Part shown: one piece after another, positions 50,663-63,270 of the stretch | Numbering within the stretch: the first letter of the stretch is position 1 | Layout of the letters: every line of letters starts with the position of its first letter | Origin: Sphaerodactylus townsendi | Taxonomy: Eukaryota | Assembly: GCF_021028975.2 (NCBI RefSeq) | Contig: NC_059426.1 | Coordinates: forward strand, 22,940,001 to 23,004,000 | Reading direction: 5' to 3' | DNA length: 64,000 nucleotides | Position numbers and translations under genes: made by a program | The notes under the pieces: generated by a model | Seen by the model: the letters and a program-made list of their open reading frames with translations, nothing else | The model's database searches: none | What the model was told of the DNA's origin: nothing

Positions 50663-50689
<27 letters not shown>

Positions 50690-50728
50690 TGACAGAGACA
50701 CAGAGAGAGAGAGACAGAGACAGAGAGC
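50663..50728 (+). repeat. (AG)n/(AGAC)n microsatellite
   Basis: Directly visible. Confidence 0.95.
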
Positions 50729-51745
50729 GTGTGCGTTTGCTGGTCTACTGAAACAGAAACCACCAAAGGTCCTGCAGGACCTTAAAGACCAGCAAACCAA
50801 TCTGGCAGGTGTTTTTAAGATCCACAGCTGAGGCCAGTTTATGACACTACTTAGCACAGATGGAAAATACGGTAAGACCAAGTCTAAAGGAGTAAACCAG
50901 ACCGGGCACAGACCTTACTGTCAAAGTACATCATAAAGCTGTACAACTGCTTTCTTGCAAAAGGGCACTTTCACACATGAAGATTAATACTCTTTCAAAA
51001 CACTTTCCACCTACAGTTCACCGGGGCCTTTTACGCACTTTTGGTCAGCTTCGGACTGACCATGCATTCCCACCAGTTTTGAATCGGGCAAATGCATGTT
51101 CCTCCACATCTTGGGCTCCCACCCCGCCTCAGATTACAGAAGCTCTGCTGTTTCCAAAAACTCTTAAAACTATTATTTTTCCTCTTCCTTCAGGTTTTCT
51201 CACTCTACCCACAGTACAGTAGTTCTTCCCAGTAGATCATGGAGGTTGCTGTCACCCAAGCACCAAAGGGAGAAGCAGAAGTAGGGGAAGAAAGAGACCC
51301 AAGTGAACAAAAACTGTCAGGAAACCCCACTGTGAAGAAAACAGTAATGGGTTAAGTAGGGTGTGCATAAAAGGCCGGATGAAAGGAAAAATACACTTGC
51401 TAATGATTGCCAGTGTGGACTGAAAGTGGATTCAGTGTGTGTGCCTGCCATCCTTGGCTCTTAACTCCAAGCATATTATACCCATCTACATCTGATTTTC
51501 CACATAATAAACAATCTTGCAGTCATTCTTTGAAACTTTGATTTTGCCGATGGCATCCAGGAATGCCTATTGGCATCTGAGAACTTCCACATTTAAATGC
51601 CTGATTTGTATCCATTTTAAGCAAGAGAACAATGGAGCAACTAGAGACTGGGCAAGAGACTCTGGTGGTAAAAGAAAGACAATGGGCTGAGAGGCAGAAA
51701 CTTTGGGGGATGATTTATGGGGGCAGGGGCAGAAATGCAAAGCAG

Positions 51746-51960
51746 AGAAGAAGGAGGAGGAGGAGTTTGGATTTGTAGGTGGGGCTGAGAGAACTCCAAA
51801 GAACTGTGACTAGCCCAAGGTCACCCAGCTGGCATGGATAGGAGTGCACAAGCTAATCTGGTTCCCCAAATAAGCCTCCACAGCTCAAATGGCAGAGCGG
51901 GGATCAAACCCAGTTCTCCAGATTGGAGTGCACCTGCTCTTAACTACTACGCCATGCTGG
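51746..51960 (-). mobile_element. tRNA-derived SINE with internal deletion
   Basis: The tail joins directly to gtaggtggggctgagag. Confidence 0.75.
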
Positions 51961-52341
51961 TAAGGAGGAGGAAATGGAGGGGGAAAAGGGCTGAAGAAAA
52001 CGTGATCCTAGGAAAGCAGAAACTGTGGGGTATAATCAGGAAAAGAAAAACCAACCAAGATGCTTACAGAGTCAGGGCAGCTGATGAGTCATGCATGTTG
52101 GAGAGGAAGGGAGGAGAAAGAATGATCCATTCCCCCATTCAGAATGCATGCATTTTTTAAAATAATATGACAGACGAGACAACCACTTTGAATTCCTTGG
52201 AAGAAGGGTGGAGAACCATCAAGATCAATAAAAAAAAAATGACTAACTAGCCAAGTTTTTTGGCAGCAGCTTTTATCGCCTTTAGCCTCCAATTGTACCT
52301 ATACACGCCCATGAATGTTAATATAATTGTGCATTACAAAC

Positions 52342-52365
52342 ATATATATATATATATATATATAT
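52342..52365 (+). repeat. (TA)n microsatellite
   Basis: Directly visible. Confidence 0.95.
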
Positions 52366-53311
52366 TTCCAGAAGACTAAACCACATTATCTATAGCAAAT
52401 AATATGGTGGCTGGGAAAGGACTTGTGGTTGCAGAATGAGATCATTACATCAATGCCAAACTACTAAACCCTAAAAAACACATGCAGTCCAAAAGTGAAA
52501 TGGCTGGCAACAGTTAAGAATCAGTTTCAACAAAATGGTGCATGTGCAATTAGGGACTGTGTGTGCAGTAGTCAAATCAACTGAAGGCAGGAGAAGTTTT
52601 ACTTCTGTCAGGATGCCATTGCTGGGAGGTGGGAATTGCTGGGGAGAGCTTTAGCATTTGCAGGTGCTGCTTTATCTGTTTCCCCGGCCTTGGAACTTGG
52701 CGACTGGGATGAGCCTTCAGGCTGGACTTTTCCTAACTGAACCGATTCACATGTGGGGGTGGGGATTTGCTGCAACATATTATCAACTGCCTTGGCGCCT
52801 TTTTGCCAGAACTGTCTTCTCCTGTCTTTCTCATGTCTTCAATAAAATCCTTAAACCCATCCAGTGAGTTATTGTCTGAACGGAGAAATTGACAACTTCT
52901 CAATGAGTAATTTGGTGAAAAACTGCATAGGCATTTCTTCTCCCCTATCAAGGAAAGGCCGATAGTCTGTCTCAGAAAAAGATGTTAGTAGAGTGGTCCA
53001 ACATACTATGACACGTTCCGGATCCCAATGGCAGCTGTTTTGTGGTAGTACACAATGCGTCTCCTGAAAATTCCTCACCTGCCCATAGACTCAACAAGGA
53101 CCTCGGACCTATATCCTCAAGCAAAACACATCACCATAGCACACACCATCAATGAATATGGTCTTATTAGCAGTAAAGGTCATTGTATGAACAAAGAAAA
53201 TGGGTTCTAGACAACTACTGGTGGGTTAAGCACACCCACTGAGGGGGGCAAGCTCTCTTGTCTTTCTTCCCCCTTTGGCCAACATTAGATATTTCACTCC
53301 CTCTTTGCCTG

Positions 53312-53312
<1 letters not shown>

Positions 53313-53352
<40 letters not shown>
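53313..53352 (+). repeat. (CT)n(CA)n compound microsatellite
   Basis: Directly visible. Confidence 0.95.
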
Positions 53353-56300
53353 AACACCATCCCCAGAGGGATTGCTCTCCTCCAACAACAGATTCTTCTC
53401 CCACCTGCCCCACTTTATTCTTGTGCTGCTCTGTGTTCTGTCCTCATCCTTCCCCCTCATGTTTTAATTTTAATTGTATTTTAATTAGCCTGGATTTTAT
53501 TTTAATTATTAATAGCTGTTTTAATTGTTTATTATATCGAGTTTTATTATGTTATGTTTTATTATTGTCAGCTGCTGTGAGCCGTTTCGGGGAGAGCGGC
53601 ATATAAACAAACAAATAAATGTGTTCAAGCTTTGCGCTTAGTTTGTCTCCTGTGCTCAAAACGTTGCCTCAGGCCCGCATCTTGCTCAAATGGGCGGAGG
53701 AAGGAGAGGCAGGAGGGAATGAAAAAGCAGCCGCCATGGAGAGAAAGGCAGGGGACAGGCAGAGAGGAAACGGTAATGGAAGGGAGGGCGGGAGGGAGGG
53801 AATGTTAATGCAGCCTCCCTTCAGTTATGAGGCACTGGGATTGCGCCACAGTGACTGGCTGGGAGTGGGGAGTGAATCGCCAAGACTCCCACTCCTCAGC
53901 AATTGGAGCGGTTGCTGTCGCGCACCTCACCCCCAAAGCCACTTGTGCTGGAGCCATTGGGCACCAGTGATTGGCTAGAAGTTCATCGTCACCACCCGGT
54001 CAGGTTCCCACTCAATTCCAAGACTGAGAATAGGGACACACTAAAAGTTTTCTCCTCAGATAGTATCACTGGAATCAGGGAGGTTAAATGTCTCCAGTAC
54101 TTTTATATTTTACATCCTGAATTTCTTTCTCCTCAAACAATGCCACTAGAGACCTACAGGGCTTGCCATAAGTCACCTGTGACTTCACAACACATGGGCA
54201 CAGAGTGCCATTGTAATCAGTTGCGGGTAAATTTCTCCCATATTTTAACAAATGCCATCAGAGGGACGTCTACATCCCTTTAATTTCAAAGCTGACCCCT
54301 GGTCTTCACAGTAGTTCTCAAACAGAGCGCAGCAAGGGTGAGACTGAAAGAAACACGTATCACGAAACACCTAAGACTTGGAATAACCAAGCAGGAATCT
54401 CTGCTCTGCCAGAGGAGCTTGCAAGGGCCAAACTAGATGTGACAGTGTCCTTGCGGCTCCACAAGGACACTGGTGCCAAGGTGCTCTTGTTCCCCTCTCC
54501 ATGACTCATCCGAACAACCACACACACTCACACAATGGCTATTTTAGAACCTGATAAGGCGTATTGGGGGGGAGGGGGCAAAAATGTTGCCTTGTGGGCC
54601 AGATCAAGACCTGGCCCTCATGGTATTTTTAAAATCACTTAGTCAAGTTCAAGTTCAATAACCATTATTAAGCATACAGAGTAAAAAAATCACTTAGTCC
54701 TTGGGCTGCCCATGTTGAATTTCAGCTAGGGATGGAATCCTTGTGGTTGGAGAGGCCCTGCTCTTCCTTTAGAAGTCTGTTTACTTATATCCCAGACTTT
54801 CTCTCCAGAGGGAACCCAAAGCTGCCTTCATTGTTTTCCTCTCCTCCATGCTATCCTCATGACAACCCTGTGAGGTAGGTTAGGTTGAGCAAATTTGGCT
54901 GGCCCAGGGTCACCCAGTAAGCTTCCGGCACTGTTTCAGTAAGCTGCGCCTCTGCACTTCAGGTCCCCGTTAAGGAGCAAAATAGGATATAAATAAAAAA
55001 CCATCTCTCACAATCAACCCCAGCTTCTTATAGCTGCTATCATGTGCACCGTTATTGGTGCCAACTGAATTCAGAGCAAGTTGTTTTTAAGTAGACAGAC
55101 ACCATTCAAGGCAGCTTCTCTTGGTTCGGAAAGATGAAACGCTGATCAGGACTGAAGTGTTGAGATTCTAAAGAGAATTACACCCTTTAGAAGGGTATAA
55201 AACCCATAAACGGGTTTAGAAGAGCACTGTAAACTTTGCAGCAGCTTCAACAACAAAGGCAGGAACAAGTTCTGGCTGAGCCCTCCTTAGCCCCGAGGAG
55301 AATGTGGAAGGATTTCAAGGATAAGTTTAAATGTTCTATCCCACACAGCTGTACTAAAATATTTCAGAGCATCAAAGCTAGAGGTACAACCGAAACAAGT
55401 TATTTTCAAACAAGCTACAAATTAGCAAGGCAATAAAAAAAAACCCACTGCAAACTCTGGCTTTCATGCGTAATATATCCTTTGCAGGCATTAGTTTGGA
55501 GAACACTCCTGACATTGCTTTACAAATCAGGCAGGCAATTTCCTCCTTTGATAACAGAACAGTTAAAGGGGGGCAAAATACAGGAGATGGGATGCCCAGC
55601 CACTTAATTTAACCAAAAGGGCTAGTTTCACCAAGCAGCCTCTGCAGCGGTACTGTTTCCCTAAAGAAAACCCACTGAGGAAATGAACTTTTGAGCAGAA
55701 GTTCTTTCTGCAAGGAGGAGAATCTCTGAATGACCCTGAGGACAATTATTCCCTCCATCAAAAAAATACTCCCTTGTAGCCTCAGCTGCAGATCTCTGCA
55801 GAGAGAACAAAGCTGCTAAAGTCTGGTTTCTGCTGAAAAGTTAATTCCCTTTCAGACAAGACTTTAAGTCACAGAAGCAGTATTTCCCACCCCCTTACAC
55901 TCCTCATCCCAGATGAAACAGTCATTTACAATCAAATCAGTGAGATATGCCAGATCTAAATTCCAAGCTTCTGCTGTGTAGCAAATACTGCAAACCTTTC
56001 CCCTTTCCAGACCTGGGAACAGCTTGCTTGATTCACGCATCAGTGTTTCATCCTAGACTTCTAAAGCTCAAGTATGTGAGCTAGATAGCTAACCACTGGC
56101 TTTCCTTCATTGGCCAAAACAACAAAAGACGAAGTCTCAGCAATCTGACAAAACGCTTGCTGAATAGCTAAAGCAATTCTGCTCCCCCCCCCCCCCACCC
56201 AACACTCTTCCATCCATACTATATTCTGCTTAGGATCAGGCACCTGACCTGTCAAAACAAACTGTTGACAAGTCAAATGTTTTCAAAACAATGCATTTAT

Positions 56301-56472
56301 CAGAACAAAACAATCCTTTTTTTATTATCAACAGGCTCGGAAACCCAATTAGCATAACTGTGACGTGGAAGCAATGCAGTCAATTGTAATATCTTATCAT
56401 GACTTCCAACAACAGTAAGCAAGATTGCCGCCCAAGGGGAACAATTCTCTCTGTTGGGTTTTTCTCCTAGAA

Positions 56473-56670
56473 CAGCGGTTCTCAACCTGTGGGTCGTGAC
56501 CCCTTTGGGGGTCAAATGACCCTTTCACAGGGGTCGCCTAAGACCATCGAACAACACATATTTTCGATGGTCATAGGAACCGAGACACAAATAATTTTGT
56601 GGTTGGGAGTCACCACGACATGAGGAACTGTATTAAAGGGTTGCGGCATTAGGAACGCCGAGAACCACTG
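56473..56670. mobile_element. SPIN (Space Invader)/URR1-like hAT MITE
   Basis: Ends CAGCGGTTCTCAACCTGTGGGTC..CCCCTTTGGGGGTC..GACCCTTTCACAGGGGTCGCCTAAGACCATC and ...CATGAGGAACTGTATTAAAGGG..GCATTAGGAA..GAGAACCACTG resemble the recalled SPIN consensus; TSD tcctagaa. Confidence 0.85.
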
Positions 56671-57447
56671 TCCTAGAACAATAGGCACAGTGATGAAAAG
56701 GAAAAGGAAATTTTCTGGTGGTCCCAGGATACCTGGGAAAGAGATGGATATATAAATATTTCAAACCAATAAATATTACAATAAATATTACAGAAAATAA
56801 AACAGAAATAAAGCAAAGCCACGGTTGATATCAAAAACAAGACAAGTTTGTTTGGAGATGCCTGGAGTTACACCTGGTGGCCAGCAGGAGAAACTTTGGC
56901 ATGCTGATCAGTCTGTCCCTGGATGCTGATTGGTTACAAATCAGCAACTCTTGGCCTTGACCTTGCTAACAAAAAACACGGTTAGGAAATTTCACAAGGA
57001 AACTGCCATCTCTTCAGCAGCCTCCTGTCTTTGGGCAAGAGTCTGACCGTGACCAATTAATAAGCGGTACACTGCCTACCTTGGGATGATATGCCAAACC
57101 ATAATCAGTGTTTGAAATTCTTCCACAGTTCCAACAGTGGTTTGTTACACTGTCTTTGAACTTTTGTCTGAAATACTGGAATCAGCTGCATGGGGAATGT
57201 TCAGCGCCGCTATTTTGCAATCAAACAGTGAAATATGTTTATTTGGAAAAAATGGGGAAGGTTGCTTTTAACTAGTGATCGGGAAACTTCTCAGGGTTAG
57301 AGTTGGCTGCCAACTTCCCCTTCTCACCCCCAAAAAATATCAAGAGGAAAGAACTACTGAGATCAAACTTGCTAATTGCATATCACTCCAAAATTCTGTG
57401 GTTGGATTTTTTTAATTTAAAAAAGCCAGCTTCCATTAAAAGAAGTA

Positions 57448-58324
57448 CCATATATACTAGTGTATAAGTCGACCTGCATAAGTCGAGGCACTTAATTTTA
57501 CCACAAAAAACTGGGAAAACTTACTGACTCGCATATAAGTCAAGGTTGGGAAATGCAGCAGCTACTGGTAAATTTCAAAAATAAAAATAGATACCAATAA
57601 AATTACATTAATTGAGGCATCAGTAGGTGAAATGTTTTTGAATATTTATTTCAAAGAAAAACAGTAAACTACCTCTGTTAGCTATTAGCTCCCATTGGAA
57701 ACAATGGGGGATGGGGCACCCCCTTTGGAGGTCCATAACTTTGGACCCCCTAAACCAAACATCACCAAACCTGGCTGGTATCAGCAAGAGATTATCCTGA
57801 GGATAACCCCCAGGTTTGGCGAACTTTGGTTCAAGGGATCCAAAGTTATGGACCCTCAAAATGTAGCCCCATCTACTATTAGCTCCCATTGGGAACAATG
57901 GGGGATGGGGGCACCCTCTTTGGGGTCCATAACTTTGGACTCCTTGAACCGAAGTTTACCAAACTTGGCTGGTATCATCAGGAGTGTCACCTGATGATAT
58001 CCTGAAATTTTGGTGCTGCTAGCCCAGGGGTCTGCAACCTGCGGCTCTCCAGATGTTCATGGACTACAAATCCCAACTGCCCCTGCCAGCATGGCCAATT
58101 GGCCATGCTGACAGCGGATGATGGGAATTGCAGTCCATGAACATCTGGAGAGCCGCAGGTTGCAGACCCCTGTGCTAGCCTAAAAACTGCGCCCCCTGGC
58201 GGCTGACAAAGTAAAGACCCTAAAATATTTTTTAAAATACATCTGACTCGTGTATAAGTCAAGGGGGGCTTTTTCAGCACAAAAAATGTGCTGAAAAACT
58301 CAACTTATACATGAGTATATACGG
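57448..58324. mobile_element. Tc1/mariner-type non-autonomous element with nested insertions
   Basis: TA|ccatatatactagtgtataagtcg...caacttatacatgagtatatacgg|TA. The paralogous copy at about 59215 shows the empty site. Confidence 0.85.
58025..58172. mobile_element. 148-bp palindromic hAT MITE (subfamily C), nested
   Basis: TSD tgctagcc; lies inside element 57448-58324. Confidence 0.92.
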
Positions 58325-60864
58325 TAATTATAATCTATCTGCAGATCATTTTGGTTTCCTGGTTTCAGGAATGATTTTTGAAGTTTAACCTCTATGGTTT
58401 AGGAAAACGTCAGTGGTGGGATTCAGCAGGTTCGCACCACTTCGGCAGAACCGGTTGTTAAAATGGTGCTTGTAAACAACTAGTTGTTAAATTATTTGAA
58501 TCCCACCACCAGAACAGGTTGTTAAATTATTTGAAATTATTAGTGGTGTAGGGTAAAAGTGTTGGACTAGGATCCAGGAGACCCAGAATCAAATCCTCAC
58601 TCGACCATGGAAACTCTCTGAGTGACCTTGACTACCTCACAGGCCTGCTGTGAGCATAAAACAGAGGATAGAAAAAGAATATAAATACTTTTAGGTCTCC
58701 AGTGCAAAGAAAGGTAGGGTATGAATAAGATGAAATAAAATATTAAAGGTGTATAATACAATTGCAAAAACAGCACATGGGAGGAACAGCTATTCCGTCT
58801 TGCTGGTTTACATTTAACGGAAGCAAGGAATTCAGGATAAAAATGGGGGGGGGGGTTGTGAGTAACTAGGACAGAGGCTGTGGCCCAGTAGAAGAGCCTT
58901 TGCTTAGCATGCAGGTTTCAGGTTCAATCTTCTGCATCTACAGTTCAAAGGATCAGGCAACAGGTGATTTGAAAAACCTTCACCTGAAACCATGGAGATC
59001 TGCGGCTGGTTTGAATAGACAATGCTGCTTTTGATGGACCAATGGCTGGATTCAGTACAATGCAAATGTGTGCATGGGTAAAAGCCAAACCATAATGCCT
59101 GTTTCCCTCCAAGGTTCATCCAATTACTGTGCCTTTTCCTAAACCATAGAGGTTAAACTTCAAAAATAATTTCCTAAAACCAGCAAACCAAAACCCTCCG
59201 CAGATAGATTATAATTACTTCTTTTTAAAAATGGAAGTTGGCTTTCTTAAATTAAAAAATCTAACCGCAGAATTTTGGAGTGATGTGCAATCAGCAACTT
59301 TAATCTTTATCTGACTTTCCTCCACCCCTACTCTAAAGGAGGCAGCGCACCTCAGCTTCACCTCCTTTACCCTCTAAACAACCTTAACTAGGAGGATAGT
59401 GACTGATCAAAGGATACCAAGTAAGGCTTGCAGCTAAGAAGAGGATTCAAACACAGGTCTCCCTAATAATCACCATGTTGATTATTTCCCACTTTCTTCT
59501 AAGGAATTCAGGGCAACATATCTGGTTCTCTACACACCTCTTTTTTCATTTTGTTCTCACAACAACCCTGTCAGATCAGTCAGGACGAGCCTGTACAGAA
59601 ATTTGAACCTAGATTACCAGAGTCCCGATCTTAATTGTTCTCTACCAAGGCTGGCATTAACCGCTGCATCACTCTGTCTCACAATGACTCCCTGGATTAT
59701 TTCATCCTCCTGAGAAACCTCAACTGGAGTATACCACAGCTAACTAGCCTCTGCAATATTAATGGAATAAAACACATTTCTCAGTATCAGCAGAAATACC
59801 CGAGTAATTGTAACACCAGATGGCACAGGAGGACTTCCGTTCTGGACACATTTGCACCTAGATGTTTGACTTCAAAGCAACTCACTTCAGGTAACAGACT
59901 TCAGAGGAACAGCACAATTCTACAGAGAGATACTGCAGTCCAAACCCACTGATTTCAGTGGGTTTAGACCAGACTAAAATCTGCACAAATTGCACTGTAA
60001 GGTTCTAGTACTTAATGTATTTCCTCACCCAAGAGTAAACCTGAACAAACACCCTTCTCAGTAAACCTACACATGACTGTTCAGCGGAGTCTTACAACAA
60101 CCAGATTTCAAACATATTATTTTACAGGGAAGGAAACGCAGCTAATTGCAAAGTGACACGTTCAAGACTGCAGCTCCAACGCATTCAAGACAACAGCTGA
60201 AATCACAAATTGCAGGGAATATACTGGATTGAATTTGTTTCCTTAAAAAAAAAATCATGTTTCCAAACTACAACATTACACTGTGGCTTCGCGTCTCTCT
60301 TTATGACACAGAACCTGCAGTTCCAAAGAACAGCTGCTGTTTCCTGAACAACATCGTAAACTGCAAAGCAAACAACACTGACAGAGGTTTGGTTTTTTTA
60401 CTTCGTTCCCTAAACAGATTTACTAAAAGTACACACACACAGGAAAAAAATAAAAATAAAAAACAGGATTTGGTCACAGCCCAACACAGAAGTAGGAAAA
60501 TGTGAACCCAATGAAATCAACAGACTTAAACATGCCTGACAGCATGATCCAGGCAGGTCTACTCAGAAGCAAGACCCAAAGCATTCAGTGAGTCTGGCTC
60601 CCAAGCAAGTGTGTGGAATGCTTTCCCAAGCACACTTTTTGGGCAGGATTCTATGGCAATCGATTTACACATCAAAGCGTCTTACCCACAACCCACAAAA
60701 CTGAAGAAGCTCTTTCCAGCAGCGCAATCCTAAACAGAGTTACATTTTCCAAAGGCCATGGAAGGTTTGGAAACGCACAACTCTGTGAAAACAGGCGCAC
60801 TCCCTGCCCAAAATTAAAGTGACAGTTTCAGCTGTTACAGCAATTCATCAAACCACTAACTTAC

Positions 60865-60910
60865 CTGCAATCTTTAAGCCATATTGCAATTTTTTCGTTT
60901 GGAATACTGC
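60865..60910 (-). CDS. ITPRID2: ITPRID2 coding exon 2 (46 bp)
   Basis: tttttccag|GC AGT ATT CCA AAC GAA AAA ATT GCA ATA TGG CTT AAA GAT TGC AG|gtaagt encodes (G)SIPNEKIAIWLKDC(R). Confidence 0.95.
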
Positions 60911-61299
60911 CTGGAAAAAGGAGAGAAACAATGGATTATAATGGAGGAGTTGCATTACAAAGAGAGCAAATAAAAACAATACAGTGCAGGAAATAAACAG
61001 CGGGAGGGGAACGCTACATCTAATTTCCCAAATATAATTTGGCTCCTCGGAGTTCAAGCCCAAAGAAGCGTTACTCATAAGTAAGCGTGGCTGAAGTCTC
61101 ACCACCCTCCCTGGAAGCCAGCTCGACAGATCTCAGCGCCCGGACACACGTGTTTAGAGTTACAGGCTCAACAGTCTCCTCAATCCCAGCTGCAGGGGGC
61201 CCCGTCACCCCATCCGATCCTAGCCACGTTTACTCAGAAGTAAGCCCCTTGCAAATCAGTGGGATTCCTTCCTATCCTGTTAAGGGATTGCAGCAACAC

Positions 61300-62390
61300 A
61301 GCTGGTGGTCCAGCGGCTGTTGACCTTTCCGCTCCCAGACACGACCGATGCGAGAAAAGAGGGACTGCGGTGGGCGCTTGCACAGACCTCCTTCCCGACC
61401 CGGGTTCAGGTCCGGCGCTTCTGGCGAGAGCCGCTCGGCCTCCGAGGCTTGCCAGGAATCTCGGCTTTTCGCCCAGGCCTTCCTCTTGTGCACGGCCCCT
61501 CGTCCCCCGTCGCCCGCTTCCTCCATGGGATCTCTCCGGCTGGCTCTTGCCCGGCAGAGTCGCTCGCTCAGCACCACCAGGACCCACCACTGCCTACAGA
61601 CGTGCAAGAATAGCCCAACCCAGAGGCGGGTCGGTGTAGCAGCAAGCGGAGCTCCCGCCGCAGAAGTTGCTCGTCCTTCTGCAAAGTTCGCCCGGGACGG
61701 CGAGATCGGGGCCACCCGCCCCGCTAGGACCACCAGAGGGGGCAGCGCTGGGGGCTGCCCCACATCTGCCCGGCGCACAGCTGGCGGGAAACTTCTAGCC
61801 CCTGCCCCACCATCCCCGGGCGACTCCGCGCGCTCTGCCCGCTCGCAGCGCCGCAGCCGAGGGCGACCCCGCGGGCAGGGCGGGAGCAAAGGGAGGCGGA
61901 AAAAAAAAGGAACGAAGTTAAACTCTGCGTTTGCCGTCTCCCGCCCGCAGCGATCTTGTTCGACTCCGTCCCGGACGCCGCCTGAATGCTTCTCCGCCCC
62001 GTTGAGAGGAAACGCGGTTGCCCAACAGATCCCAATGCCTAGATTCGAGCAAGTACGCCCGCCCGAGGCTGTTACGGAGAAGCGCGCTAAGGGCAACCCG
62101 AAAGTTTAACCCAGCCGGGTGTTCGGGCTCCCCTTTTGCCCGGGCAGGGGAGCGCCTCCGAAACCCGCTGTTGGTGGCAGGACAGGGCAGCCTGCAGGGG
62201 GCGCCCCGGCCCGGGAGGGTGCGTGGCTTTGAGGCTCAGTGGGGTTGCCGGGGTTGTCCGCCCTGGGGCAGCCTCGCCTGACTTCCTCATACCACCGCCG
62301 CCCACGTAGCCAGCCGCTGCCTCCTGCTTCGCCCTGTTTCGTGACGACACGGGCACACGTTCAGACGTGCAAAGAGAGTACCGTGTCGAG
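61300..62390 (-). promoter_or_regulatory. CpG island / ITPRID2 promoter and 5' UTR
   Basis: Strong GC and CpG enrichment over exon 1 and upstream, with several CCGCCC (GC-box) motifs. The TSS cannot be placed from sequence alone. Confidence 0.88.
61388..61526 (-). CDS. ITPRID2: ITPRID2 (SSFA2/KRAP) coding exon 1
   Basis: ATG at 61526 gives MEEAGDGGRGAVHKRKAWAKSRDSWQASEAE..., resembling the RRKAWAKCRSSWQASE motif of mammalian SSFA2 (recalled). Donor GGAG|gtctgt is phase 1 and fits exon 2. Other phase-1 GT sites lie nearby, so the 3' boundary is less certain. Confidence 0.8.
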
Positions 62391-62438
62391 ATCAAGTTAA
62401 CAGTTTTCTAAACTCCCTTGAAGTCCATCGCCCTACAA

Positions 62439-62601
62439 CCGTGGCTTCCAACCTGGGGTGCGCGTACGCCTCCTGGGGTAGATGCCAGAACGTTTTGGGG
62501 TACGTGAAAAAAAGTGCATAATGGGTTTGTTAATATGGGGGTAGATTTGGGGAAAATGGGTTGCCAAGTGGTAGGTGAGTGGAAAAGGTTGGGGATCACA
62601 G
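62439..62601. mobile_element. hAT MITE at the upstream edge of the promoter
   Basis: Imperfect TIRs ccgtggcttccaacct/aggttggggatcacag; TSD ccctacaa/ccctagaa. Confidence 0.7.
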
Positions 62602-62631
62602 CCCTAGAAGAATCCATACCTGTTTATGATG

Positions 62632-62833
62632 TAGGGATGCCAACCTCCAGGTGGGACTTGGGGATCCCCTGGATTTACAGCTCATCTCCAAACTAGAGAT
62701 AAACTCAATTTCCCTGGAGAAAATGAATGCTCTGGAGTGTGGACTCCATGGTATTGTACCCACTGAGGTCCCTTTCCACCGCAGGCTCCATCTGCAAATC
62801 TCCAGGAGTTCCAAGCTGGAACTGGCAACCCTA
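62632..62833. mobile_element. MITE with TAGGGTTGCCA-type ends
   Basis: tagggatgccaacctccagg...ctggcaacccta. Degraded relatives lie at about 14580-14829 and 16505-16870. Confidence 0.7.
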
Positions 62834-62980
62834 CCCCCCATCAGTAGCCAAGGGGAACCCATCAACCCTATTAGAATTTCACTGTTAATGCCCAGATGTA
62901 GGGGGCCTTGATTGTAAGGCATAATAACCCAATTTTTCTTGACCTGAAATAGCTAGATGAATGTGAATAATGAGTTACAT

Positions 62981-63270
62981 AGAAGAAGAGTTTGGATTTA
63001 TATTCCCCCCTTTCTCCCTACAGGAGACTAAAAAGGAGTTTACAGCCTCCTTTTCTGCCCACCGCCCACAACAAACACCCTGTGGGGTGGGTGGGGCTGA
63101 GAGAGTTCTGAAGGACTGTGACTAGCCCAATGTCACCCAACTAGCATGTGCTGGAGTGTAGAAGTTAACCTGATTCACCAGATTCCACAGTTCAAGTGGC
63201 AGAGCGGGGAATCAAACCCTGTTCTCCAGATTAGAGTGCACCTGCTCTTAATCACTACACCACACTGGCT
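62981..63270 (-). mobile_element. tRNA-derived SINE (Squam3-like)
   Basis: Same family, reverse orientation. Confidence 0.8.

Noticed and set aside
50239-50881. 175-aa and neighbouring low-complexity ORFs
   Set aside because: Produced by the (AG)n microsatellite and a purine-rich tract.
61234-62395. Several long overlapping ORFs on both strands
   Set aside because: Expected from stop-codon scarcity in a CpG island; only the exon 1 segment resembles a known protein.
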